64,000 bases of DNA from an uncultured Poribacteria bacterium (GTDB taxonomy: Bacteria > Poribacteria > WGA-4E > WGA-3G), in assembly GCA_951813565.1 (NCBI GenBank), contig OX638351.1, positions 3,008,001 to 3,072,000 of the forward strand. The letters run 5' to 3'. A program made the translations under genes and the position numbers. Below, one piece after another: positions 42,140-52,475 of the stretch. Numbering within the stretch: the stretch's first letter is position 1; every line of letters begins with the position of its first letter. Below the pieces are notes generated by a model, which was not told the origin of the DNA, made no database searches, and saw only the letters and a list, made by a program, of their open reading frames with translations.

Positions 42140-42895
42140 TTATTTATCTGTTAGTGCTTTTGTATCCTGATGTTTAGTATCTGCAATTTGTTCGTTTTGT
42201 TTGATTAGATTGTGGGTTGCGATTGTTTTGAGGATATTGTGTGCGAGTCGAACATTTGTCGTAGCGTCTTTCTTATCACTTGTTTCAAAGATATGTTGTT
42301 TGATATATCCGTAGAGCGTTTCAAGTTCTAATGTGACGTTATCATCGTTTTTGAGGCTTTCATTTCGGTAACGTGCAAAATATTCATTGCGAGTTTGGTT
42401 AAATAGTTCACGATATTTTTGTGGAAATTGGGGATTCGTTCTATTATACCTACGTATTTGATTTGAGATTTCTGTTCTGACGTTTCGTTCGTGTTCATTA
42501 ACCTGATTATGATATTCTTTGAGGTGTTGTGTATGCAATCTATTACGTTTCTTTTCGATTTGTTGGGCATACTCATCCTCAATCTGTTCTTGGAGTTTGG
42601 GTATGTCCTGGTTGAATTTGCTATCTGCCTCGTTGCCGTATAGGTATTCGTATTTCTCTCTTAATCCTTCAAAGGAGACTGCAAAGTATTCATCTTTGTC
42701 AAGTTGATCTTCTCTTTCTTGATCGTTGCTATGTTGTTCCTGATTTTCATGAAGTATTGGGAGTTGTTGCATGGGAGGAGGTTGCGGTAGGTCATCAGAA
42801 AATTCTTCGAGAAATGCGCTTGTAACTTCTTTTCGTGTCATGAACTGTGCGAAACATTTGACGGCAAATTGTTTGTGTTTTTCTTCAAATTTCAT
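42140..42895 (-). CDS. Hypothetical protein resembling DUF2280 with a coiled-coil insertion
   Basis: KQFAVKCFAQFMTRKEV…EEF and QIRRYN…KYRELFNQTR; RBS aaggtg. Confidence 0.55.
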   Translation of the reverse strand: MKFEEKHKQFAVKCFAQFMTRKEVTSAFLEEFSDDLPQPPPMQQLPILHENQEQHSNDQEREDQLDKDEYFAVSFEGLREKYEYLYGNEADSKFNQDIPKLQEQIEDEYAQQIEKKRNRLHTQHLKEYHNQVNEHERNVRTEISNQIRRYNRTNPQFPQKYRELFNQTRNEYFARYRNESLKNDDNVTLELETLYGYIKQHIFETSDKKDATTNVRLAHNILKTIATHNLIKQNEQIADTKHQDTKALTDK

Positions 42896-43006
42896 TGGGA
42901 TCACCTTTATTAAATCATACCGTACGGTATGAAATTTCATACCATGGTATAATTTTCAAATTCTCCCTAAACCCAATGTATGTATAGGTTTAGGGAGGTT
43001 TTCTTC

Positions 43007-43264
43007 TTAAGGAATAAATTCTGTATTTCTGCTCTGTGTTGAGGAATCATGTCTTTCCTTTTGTTGTAGATATCTCATGCGCATAAGTTTTGCATAGTCA
43101 TCTATGCACTTGGATAGTTGTCTGTCCCAATCTTCAGTGTCTTTGCAGTGTTTTACTCTCTGCAATCGCTTGTTAAGTGATTTCAACATTTTGCCGTAAA
43201 GGTTGTTCTCCAGATTTGTGATCTGTTCGTATTTGTATCTGTGGGATTGGTTTTGTTTTTTCAT
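43007..43264 (-). CDS. Small hypothetical protein
   Basis: 85-aa helical ORF followed by a hairpin (~42964-42996). Confidence 0.5.
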   Translation of the reverse strand: MKKQNQSHRYKYEQITNLENNLYGKMLKSLNKRLQRVKHCKDTEDWDRQLSKCIDDYAKLMRMRYLQQKERHDSSTQSRNTEFIP

Positions 43265-43986
43265 ACTGATATTTTAACAGGTTATGATAGATAATCGGAA
43301 GTTTTTGTGATGTTTGGAACAATAGATATCCAATATATTTACAATAAGTTTGCAGAAAGAGTTGGTGGTTTGTCTGAACCAGGATTTTCAGAAATATGAG
43401 AGGAATGTAAATATTTTGGCAAAGGGCTGAAGTTTGCTTATAGCAATATACCTGTCGCCCCGCTGGGACTTGTTTCTGGGATGATACCTTTTATTAACAT
43501 TTCACTTCGCGAATCAACGCCAAATACGCGTTTGGTATTTGGCGGTAAATCTCACCTACCAGTGAATGTCCGAGGCGCAATGAATTGCGCTTGGTGAATG
43601 TGCGTCCGACATTCACATTAAACGCTGTAACGTATGGAAATAGGCAAACTACGTAAGTCCTAATAGGTTAAAATCCTTAAGTTGACATTTATGGAAATCG
43701 GGGTTGAAAACTCTCCCACAAGAAAAAGGGAATGGTTAATGACAAAATATTTACGCGCTCAGCATTTCAGAGGCATTCAATTGTCGGGTTTTTCTCAATA
43801 TTTCAGACAAGGTCGCGAGCTGGAGCTCGCTCCTACAAGAAGAGCCCTTTGAGAAAAGTTAGAAATTACTGGAGAATTGAATGGCTCTGTTAGCATTTCA
43901 GAACCACTTGACAATTTAGCAGGGATAGGGTAAGTTAATAGGTAAGGAATACATCATATTAATCTTCGTAGGAGTCATTAAAAACT

Positions 43987-44934
43987 GTGAAAGCGATTGT
44001 CATCAAACTATTACCCGACAAACGACGCGAAAAGACAGTCGTCACCGATTGGAAAGTGCCTGCACCGCCTGAGCGGAATGAGGTGTTGTGTGAAGCTGTT
44101 TTCACAGGTCTCACAAACGGCACGGAACGTAACCAACTTATTGGTGGTAACTATGCCCCATCTGATGAAAGTTTACCGTGTGGTGGCGGCTATCAGAACG
44201 TAGGACGTGTCATTGAAACTGGACCTGATGTAACACAACTTAAAGTGGGCGATCTTATTTACGCCAGTGTAGACCATGTTGAAAGGTGGACAATTGCGGA
44301 AAACGGTTTGCTTTTGAAATTGCCAGATGATGTTGACCCTGCTGAAGCGGCGCTTTTCGGCATATCTGGTGTGGCGATGCACTGTTGCCGTCGGATTGAT
44401 CCGCGTATCGGTGAAAGAGTGCTAATTGTTGGACAAGGATGTATCGGCATTTTTGCTGCACAGATTGCCTACGCGATGGGCGCGCGCGTTTCTGTATGTG
44501 ATATTGATGAATCCCGATTAGAACAGATGCATCAACTCGGTATCGCAGAAAATGTCTTCAACACAAGTGGCGATGGATGGAAAGCGCAAATTGCGGATGG
44601 AGGTTTTGATGCTGTGATGGATTTTGCGGGTGCTCCAGATATGGTTACGCCGATGATCCAGGCTTGTAAGACCCGTGGGCGTTTGCTTTTAGTCGCTGGG
44701 AGGTTTGATGTTAACTATACCTTCAACGTTGGGCAATTCAAGGAGATTAGCATTCTTCACTGTAGCCATTTTACAAAGGATGATCTGGAAAATCTCTGCC
44801 GTTTTCTCAGGCAAGGTTCCATTAAAATTGCGCCGCTTATTCGACACAAGGTAAACCTTACCGAAGTGCCGCAGATATACCGTTGGCTCCGTGATGAACC
44901 GATGCGGTTGCTTGGTACAGTATTTGAATGGTAA
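43987..44934 (+). CDS. Zinc-binding (MDR) dehydrogenase-like protein
   Basis: GTE, GYQNVG, IVGQGCIG. Confidence 0.85.
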   Translation: MKAIVIKLLPDKRREKTVVTDWKVPAPPERNEVLCEAVFTGLTNGTERNQLIGGNYAPSDESLPCGGGYQNVGRVIETGPDVTQLKVGDLIYASVDHVERWTIAENGLLLKLPDDVDPAEAALFGISGVAMHCCRRIDPRIGERVLIVGQGCIGIFAAQIAYAMGARVSVCDIDESRLEQMHQLGIAENVFNTSGDGWKAQIADGGFDAVMDFAGAPDMVTPMIQACKTRGRLLLVAGRFDVNYTFNVGQFKEISILHCSHFTKDDLENLCRFLRQGSIKIAPLIRHKVNLTEVPQIYRWLRDEPMRLLGTVFEW

Positions 44935-44980
44935 TATTGAATTAACGTGGGTTTATAGGACAAGGCCCTCGTACTTCAGT

Positions 44981-45096
44981 TGATAGCACGCTTACAATCG
45001 GGGTTGAAAACCCCTCCCACAAGAAAGATCACACAGATGATAGCACGCTTACAATCGGGGTTGAAAACCCCTCCCACAAGAAAGATCACACACAGA
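44981..45096. repeat. Tandem 57-bp REP-containing duplication
   Basis: tgatagcacgcttacaatcggggttgaaaacccctcccacaagaaagatcacac twice. Confidence 0.85.
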
Positions 45097-45178
45097 TGTA
45101 AGTGATCATAACATAGTTTGGCACGCTTACAAAGCGCGCCTACCAGAGATATTTATATATTTTCATATAGGAGAATTT

Positions 45179-46147
45179 ATGTCAGACGTTAGATTAGGTT
45201 TTATTGGCACAGGTGGCAACATGAATCGTCACTTGCGTGAATTAACTCAAATTGGCGGCAACAAATTCGTTGCCTTCTGTGATATTGTCATCGAAAAAGC
45301 TGAACGTGCCGTTGAGCAGTACGGTGGTAAAGCTTACGCAGATTACAACGAGATGCTCGCAAAAGAGGAATTGGATGCGGTTTATATCTCAATTCCGCCG
45401 TTCGCACACGGCGCACCTGAGAAGGCTGTTATCGCCGCAGGACTTCCAATGTTTGTGGAAAAACCTGTCCACATGGATGCCGACGAAGCAAAGGAAATTG
45501 CTGCGCAAGTTGAGGACAAAGGCATCATTACCGCCTGTGGCTATCAGGAACGTTACTTTGATATTATTGACAAGGCGCAGGAACTTCTTGTCTCACGACG
45601 TGTTGGGTTTTTTATGGGCTACTGGATGGGCGGCATGCCTGGCGGCTGGTGGCGCGAGAAGGCAAAATCTGGTGGTCAACTCATGGAGCAGACGACACAT
45701 GAATTTGATATGGCGCGCTATCTCTTTGGTGAAGTCAAAACCGTCTATGCTGTTGCCAGATATGATCTCATTCCTAATACCGATTACGACATTGAGGAAG
45801 CATCTGCTGTTTCTTTGCAGTTTGAGAGCGGCGTGTTTGGCATTATGTTCTCTGCGTGTTTTACAACTAACGGACTACGACGTTCTGGGTTAGACATTTT
45901 CTGTGAGGACGGTTCACTGGAATATCACCTCCGCCGAGCACTTGTCTTATCTACTGCTGACGGGACAGAAACATGGAAACCTGAAAATAATTGCACAATT
46001 GACATGGATAGCACTTTTATTGAGGCAGTTCGTACAGGAGATGGCAGCGCAATTCGCTCCCCGTATTCTGATGCTGCGAAGACTGCTATATTGTCCATTG
46101 CAGCGAATCAATCTTTGGAAACTGGCGATCCTGTTCATTTGACGTAA
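45179..46147 (+). CDS. Gfo/Idh/MocA oxidoreductase
   Basis: GFIGTGG, VEKP, SGGQLMEQTTH. Confidence 0.9.
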   Translation: MSDVRLGFIGTGGNMNRHLRELTQIGGNKFVAFCDIVIEKAERAVEQYGGKAYADYNEMLAKEELDAVYISIPPFAHGAPEKAVIAAGLPMFVEKPVHMDADEAKEIAAQVEDKGIITACGYQERYFDIIDKAQELLVSRRVGFFMGYWMGGMPGGWWREKAKSGGQLMEQTTHEFDMARYLFGEVKTVYAVARYDLIPNTDYDIEEASAVSLQFESGVFGIMFSACFTTNGLRRSGLDIFCEDGSLEYHLRRALVLSTADGTETWKPENNCTIDMDSTFIEAVRTGDGSAIRSPYSDAAKTAILSIAANQSLETGDPVHLT

Positions 46148-46188
46148 GGTATTGCAAAATATGAGAAATTATCTTATAATCAAGGGCC

Positions 46189-46905
46189 ATGACAAATTTA
46201 CAAATACCTTATGCCTATACTCCCAATAAAACTCCAGTGTCCCCTGAAGTAGCAGAAAAAGGACAGGATTTCTCGTGTCCACTATGTGAGTGTGAAGTTG
46301 TCTTGAGACGTGGAGAAATTAGGCAACCTCATTTTGCCCATAAGCCTGATACTGGGTGCTCAGGTGAAGGCGTTGGTCATAAGGTTGCAAAACAGATGAT
46401 TTACCTTATGTATTTAAGAAATGTTCGCGATGTAATGACGAGTGTTACAACGTCCCGAAGATGTCCTAACTGCTCGAAAGATGTTCTTTTTATCCAAACA
46501 CCACAATATGATGATGTCGCATGCGAAGTTGATGTTGGCGAATATAGAGTAGACGTTGCGCTTTTACGAGATGGCGAACCTGTTTCTGGTATAGAGGTTC
46601 GGGACACTCATCCCGTTGATGATGAGAAATGGGATGGCTTCCGGGAATTGGGGTTCCCATGTATAGAAGTGGAATCCAAAGATGTTATTTATATGTGGGA
46701 ATATGATTTAAAGTCTTGGAGACAGGCTATTCCAAAACTGCCTGTGCCCATGCGTCTTGACTTGAGGATAATAAAACATAATCTATTTCTTTTCAATGAT
46801 CAACTCCGTCGCATTTATTGCGATGAATGTGATAAAGATATGGATAATGAAATTGAAAATGAGCACGATATACTGAAGAGTTTTCTTCCACATATCCCTT
46901 TCTAA
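46189..46905 (+). CDS. CoiA-like protein (Zn ribbon plus nuclease-like domain)
   Basis: CPLC…RRGEIRQPHFAH, H.VAK, RVDVALL…IEV. Confidence 0.75.
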   Translation: MTNLQIPYAYTPNKTPVSPEVAEKGQDFSCPLCECEVVLRRGEIRQPHFAHKPDTGCSGEGVGHKVAKQMIYLMYLRNVRDVMTSVTTSRRCPNCSKDVLFIQTPQYDDVACEVDVGEYRVDVALLRDGEPVSGIEVRDTHPVDDEKWDGFRELGFPCIEVESKDVIYMWEYDLKSWRQAIPKLPVPMRLDLRIIKHNLFLFNDQLRRIYCDECDKDMDNEIENEHDILKSFLPHIPF

Positions 46906-47224
46906 GCCATAAAGTAGTAGTCTGTCCATTCAATTTTTGTGGGTAAAGGCCGCGATTCGGAGATCGCTCCTACCAATACGGTCATCTTTTTGTAGGAGGG
47001 AACTCCGATTCCCGATTGTTATTATCCTATAATTTAAGGCTGGACACTCCAGTAGTTTAGAAGAATTGTTAAGTTAATAGTTATCAACCATACTCCACAT
47101 GCCGTCTGCCAAAGACTTACGGCACACGGAGCGTGCCTACTACCTTAATCGCACACCTAATTTTGAATATTTTGGGTACACCCTTCACGTAAGTACCAAG
47201 ATCAAATATTTTGAGGGTCTTAAA

Positions 47225-49450
47225 ATGCAACAGCAAATTAACCTTCCCATCACTGGCATGCATTGCGAAGGTTGTGCTGCCACTATCACCCACAATCTTG
47301 AAGAGATGGCGGGTATCTTCGTAGCAAATGTTAGCATTGCAACGGAGCAGGCGGCGATCACTTTTAATCCCTCTGCGCTCAGCGAAGATACAATCGTTGA
47401 CAAAATCCGCTCTCTCGGATTTGACGTTGTTGATGCGGATTCTGAAGCAGCCGCGCGTGATGCAGAACTCCAACGACAAAAGTTGCAATTCAGTGTTGGT
47501 GTCCTTTTCACGCTCCCGTTATTCTTGCTCAGCATGGGCAGAGACATGGGATTGATAGGTGAATGGGCACACGATCCTTGGGTTAACTGGGTGATGTTTG
47601 TTTTAGCATTGCCCGTTCAGGTCTATGTAGGTTGGGATTACTATGTCGGTAGCATAAAGGCATTGCGGAATCGTTCTGCCAATATGGATGTACTTGTGGC
47701 GATGGGTTCATCTGTAGCGTTTATCTATAGTGTCGTTGTCATGGCTGCCCTCACATTTAATCTACAAGGGTTTGGAGACCACGTCTATTTTGAGACAGCG
47801 GCTGTTATCATTACCCTTATTAAACTCGGCAAACTTCTGGAAGCGCGTGCGAAAGGGCAGACCAGTGCTGCCCTCAAAAAACTGATGCGACTCTCTCCGA
47901 AAACTGCGTGTGTCCTCAGAGATGGTGAAGAAAATCACATTCCGATTGAACAGGTAGCCGTTGGTGATCTATTGATTGTTCGTCCCGGTGGAAGCATGCC
48001 TGTTGATGGCATTGTGCGCGAGGGTGCAAGTGCTGTTGACGAAAGTTTGTTTACCGGTGAAAGTATGCCTTTAGACAAGTCAGTAGGGGATACCGTTGCC
48101 AGTGCCACAATCAATCAAAGTGGTATGCTCACAATTGAGGCTACACGCGTTGGTTCAGAAACCTCTCTTGCCCAGCTTGTTCAGTTGGTGCAAGCAACGC
48201 AACAGAGCAAAGCACCTATTCAACGCACTGCGGATGCTGTCGCAAGCGTGTTCGTGCCTGTTGTGTTATGTATCGCTGTTGTGACGTTTCTCGTGTGGTG
48301 GTTTCTTGTCGGACAAGGATTTACATCTGCGATACTTCGGTTGGTGGCGGTGTTGGTTATTGCGTGTCCATGTGCGTTAGGACTTGCCACGCCGACAGCG
48401 ATTATGGTCAGCACAGGGATCGGTGCGCATCGTGGTATTCTTTTTCGGAATAGTGAAGCATTAGAGCATGTTGGCGCATTATCTCGGATTGTTCTTGACA
48501 AAACTGGCACCTTAACACAAGGACAACTCACGCTCACAGATATTATTGCGAATGAAGGAGACGAAAGCCAATTACTACAGATAGCTGCCTCTGCGGAGCG
48601 CGGCAGTGAACACCCTATTGGAAAAGCAATCGTTCTCGCCGCTTCTGAACGCGGGATTGACACCTCTGCACCTACGGAGTTTACTGCTGTTGCTGGCAAC
48701 GGTATCATTGCTCAGCTTAATGAGAATCAAGTGATAATAGGTAATCTATCTTTGATGGAACAGCATCAAATTCCGACTGAGACGTTTGAAACGGAAGCGG
48801 AACGACTACAAACGGACGCTAAAACGGTGTTGTGGGTGGCAATTGATTTGCAGGTAAAGGGGCTCCTTGCGGTTGCGGATACAGTAAAGTCTGAAGCAAA
48901 AGCTGCTGTCACCGAACTCCGACAACTCGGATGTGAGGTGACAATGATGACCGGGGACAACCGTGGGACTGCCGCTGCTATTGCAAAAAATGTTGGGATT
49001 ACCGATGTGATGGCGGAACTTCTCCCCGAAGACAAAGCCTTTGCCGTCAAAGAAGCACAAGAAGGGACAGATGGTTTTGTTGCGATGGTGGGGGACGGCA
49101 TTAACGATGCGCCTGCGTTAGCACAAGCGGATGTCGGCATGGCACTCGGCACGGGGACAGATATTGCTATGGAAACAGCCGATTTGACGTTGATGCATGG
49201 CGACCTCCGCGCTATTCCCGATGCTATCCGCTTAAGCCGTGCCACGCTCCGCACGATTAAACAGAATCTGTTTTGGGCGTTTTTCTACAATGTGCTGTTA
49301 ATTCCTGTTGCTGCAGGTGTGTTGTTTTCGCTTTCGTTTGTGCCTGAAATGTTGCAAAAGTTGCATCCTATGCTTGCGGCGTTTGCGATGGCGTTTAGTA
49401 GTGTGTCTGTTGTGCTGAATAGTCTGCGGTTGCAGTGGAAGAAATGGTAA
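47225..49450 (+). CDS. copA: Copper-translocating P1B-type ATPase
   Basis: GMHCEGC, TGES, CPC, DKTGT, SEHP, GDGIND, YN, MAFSS; start reassigned to ATG 47225. Confidence 0.92.
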   Translation: MQQQINLPITGMHCEGCAATITHNLEEMAGIFVANVSIATEQAAITFNPSALSEDTIVDKIRSLGFDVVDADSEAAARDAELQRQKLQFSVGVLFTLPLFLLSMGRDMGLIGEWAHDPWVNWVMFVLALPVQVYVGWDYYVGSIKALRNRSANMDVLVAMGSSVAFIYSVVVMAALTFNLQGFGDHVYFETAAVIITLIKLGKLLEARAKGQTSAALKKLMRLSPKTACVLRDGEENHIPIEQVAVGDLLIVRPGGSMPVDGIVREGASAVDESLFTGESMPLDKSVGDTVASATINQSGMLTIEATRVGSETSLAQLVQLVQATQQSKAPIQRTADAVASVFVPVVLCIAVVTFLVWWFLVGQGFTSAILRLVAVLVIACPCALGLATPTAIMVSTGIGAHRGILFRNSEALEHVGALSRIVLDKTGTLTQGQLTLTDIIANEGDESQLLQIAASAERGSEHPIGKAIVLAASERGIDTSAPTEFTAVAGNGIIAQLNENQVIIGNLSLMEQHQIPTETFETEAERLQTDAKTVLWVAIDLQVKGLLAVADTVKSEAKAAVTELRQLGCEVTMMTGDNRGTAAAIAKNVGITDVMAELLPEDKAFAVKEAQEGTDGFVAMVGDGINDAPALAQADVGMALGTGTDIAMETADLTLMHGDLRAIPDAIRLSRATLRTIKQNLFWAFFYNVLLIPVAAGVLFSLSFVPEMLQKLHPMLAAFAMAFSSVSVVLNSLRLQWKKW

Positions 49451-49483
49451 GCAAGCTTGATTTATGAGATGAGGAATTATACT

Positions 49484-52460
49484 ATGGCAATAAGAGATAT
49501 ATTTCGTAAATCGTTGTGGTTTCAGTTGCTGCTTGTGTCTGTTGTTAGCATGTTCGTCTACAACGCTTTCGTCTATGCAGAAGATGTTGATCACTGGATG
49601 CCGGATGCGAACTTGCGACAAACAGTGCGTGAGGCTTTAGAGTTGCCTGCAGACATCCTGTTGACCAGAGAGAAGATGCTGGGGTTGTCAGAACTAAGAG
49701 CATCTGGTAAAAACATCACTGACTTAAGTGGTTTAGAGTTTGCTGAGAATTTAAAGGTTTTAGAACTTGGAGAGAATCGAATAAAAGATATTCGATCGCT
49801 TGCTATGCTCACTTCCCTGATGAATCTCAATTTAGGAAATAATCAAGTGAAAAACATAACTTCACTTGCAAATCTAACGAACTTGAGATTATTAAGTTTG
49901 TGGAACAATCAGATAACCGATATATCTCCTCTGGCTTCGCTAATAACTCTAACGTACCTAAATGCGGGTAGTAATCATATCCGTGACATTCAACCACTTG
50001 TTGCCCTTAAAAGTCTTGAAACATTAGACCTTGCACACAATCAAATAGAGGATATTGCGCCGCTTGCAGAGTTGAATATACTAAACGTGAGTTTGATAAT
50101 TAACTGGACAGGCAAAAATTGAACAGAGAACGGGCATATTTGCTGAAAAAATCGTTATTTTGGTGTTTTTAACCCTAAATCCCTCTTATCAGAGGACTTT
50201 AAGAGGAAATGTAGAAATCCTAACTATTTATCAAACTCACGTTATACTAAAGGTGCTGATACTCCTGGACAATCTAATTTCAGACTTTAGTCCACTTGCT
50301 GGACTGACTTCGTTGCATACACTGCGGATTGAAAGAAATTGGGGCAGAGATATCAGTAGTCTCGATTCACTAAATCTAACTGATTTCCGTTATGATCAAG
50401 TATGCGAGTTGCCACCGGTAGGGCCTCCAGTCGTTTCACGAATTGAGGGTCGGAACTTTCCTTCCGTTTTCCAAGCGTGGGATCACATAAAGAACAAAAT
50501 AAACGTAGATGAAGCTACTGCTTCCCACGATCTTTATTTTGGTGCTTCTTTCGATTTGTGGTGGGTTACTACATCAACAGAACCTTATGGGTTAGCAAAA
50601 ACGTTTGTTGGGGACTTGAAGAGGGCGAGTGAAATGCATCAACGACTTATTGATATAATGCCAATATGCTTTTTCTTGTTGAAATCCGTATCCACAACCA
50701 TCTATGGTCATCTGCATTTCCCCCTGATTCCAATTTTTGGCTCAGAGATAATAACAATCAAATAATCCACAACCAGAATGGTATAAATCTCATAAATTTC
50801 TTAAACCCTGATGTTCAGGATCTAATCGTGGATCGTATTGTAGCAATTGAACAGTGTGGACTTTTCGACGGAATTATGCTAGACGGCTTCGCTTGGAATG
50901 CCATCGGTTTTGTAGACTACCATCTTCATTCTGCGACAGATGCAGAGATTATTGCAGCAACCACCCGTATTTTTCGTGAAACACGTTCCCGCGTTCGAGA
51001 CGATTTTCTTATACTCGTGAACGCTAACCGCACAAAACCTACTGCCTATGCGGAATACGTCAACGGTAGTTTCATGGAAACTGAACAAGACCATCCTAAC
51101 GGTTATACTTATCGCGGGCTTTCTGATATAGAGGATGCTTTGTTATGGAATGAGGAAAATCTACGATCTCCACAGATTAATTGTTTGGAAGGTGAGGGTA
51201 TCGGAACAGAGTCACCAGACAGTTCTAACAACCGACGCTGGATGCGTGTTTTCACGACAATGGGTTTGACACTCTGATGGTTATGTCCTTTACAATACAG
51301 GTAAGCGATTTTACGGGGGACCTGACCACGAACACATCTGGTATGATTTCTGGGATGCCGATTTAGGGCAACCTATCGGAGAAAAGGCGAAGTTATATGA
51401 TGAAGACATTGAGGGCTTATTTATCCGTGAGTTTACGAATGGCTGGGCGGTCTATAACCGCAGCGGACAAGCACAGACTATTCAATTGCCGATGAAATCC
51501 TCCAGCGTCGCAAGTGGTATTAATGAGATACAGCATACGATTCCCGATTTAGATGGTGAAATCTTACTGAAACAGGAAACCAGAGTAACTATGAATGGTG
51601 TTGTCAAAGTATTAGATATTGGGACAGTGGCTCCGCCAGAATTGGTGTCACAATTGATACCTGACACTAATCTACGGGCGGCAATTATAGAAGAAATAGG
51701 CTTACAAAATGGCGTGCCACTCAGAGAAGAACATCTCAAGTGGTTGACACGAGTAGTTGCATGGAACAGTGAAATAAGCGACTTAACAGGCTTAGAATAT
51801 GCAACGAATCTAAAAAATTTCAGTGCTTGCGGCAACCAAATAAGCGATCTATCCCTGTTAGCGGAGTTAATTCATCTTGAGGGTCTAACGCTATGTGGAA
51901 ATCCGTTATCCGATATTTCACCGCTCTCTGGACTTACAAATTTGAAAAGCTTGGACTTAGGTTTAAATCCGACAGCTGACGTTAGTCCGCTTAGAAACCT
52001 GACAAAATTGGAGGTTCTAAATATCGGTGGGGGTGGTGAGATTGAAGATATTACCGTATTAGCCAATCTAACACAACTACATTTTTTAAGGGCTGATAAT
52101 AATAGGATTAGCGACATCCAGCCACTTGCTGGTTTAAAAAACCTGAAAGTGCTTGAGATTAGTAATAACAGCATTTCAGATTTTAGTCCGTTAGCCGGTC
52201 TGAACAATTTAGAAAAACTTGATGTTAGAGGTAATCCGATAGACGACCTGACACCGCTACTGGCATTGAATCTGGTTGAATTTGAATATGATGAAGCGTT
52301 ACTGGAAACCGATCCCTCTGCGGACATCAACAGCGATGGCGTGGTGAATATTCAGGATTTAGTGATTATCGCAAATGCGTTTGGCGAAGCGGAACCAGAT
52401 CTGAATGGTGATGGTGTCGTGAACATACAGGACTTGGTCATTGTAGCAAACGCGTTTTAG
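49484..52460 (+). pseudogene. LRR / GHL15-like / LRR / dockerin-like paralog broken by a MITE and two frameshifts
   Basis: Four ORF pieces; MITE 50085-50242; apparent 1-nt loss near 50657 and 2-nt loss near 51272 (GLT-HSDG). Confidence 0.88.
50085..50242. mobile_element. 158-bp IS982-derived MITE
   Basis: acgtgagtttgataa IRs; 8-bp TSD tatactaa; removal restores AELNILKVLILLDN. Confidence 0.92.
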
Positions 52461-52475
52461 GAAAGGAGATCACCT

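Noticed and set aside
41251..42177. Short ORFs in the repeat cluster
   Set aside because: Composed of MITE and REP sequence.
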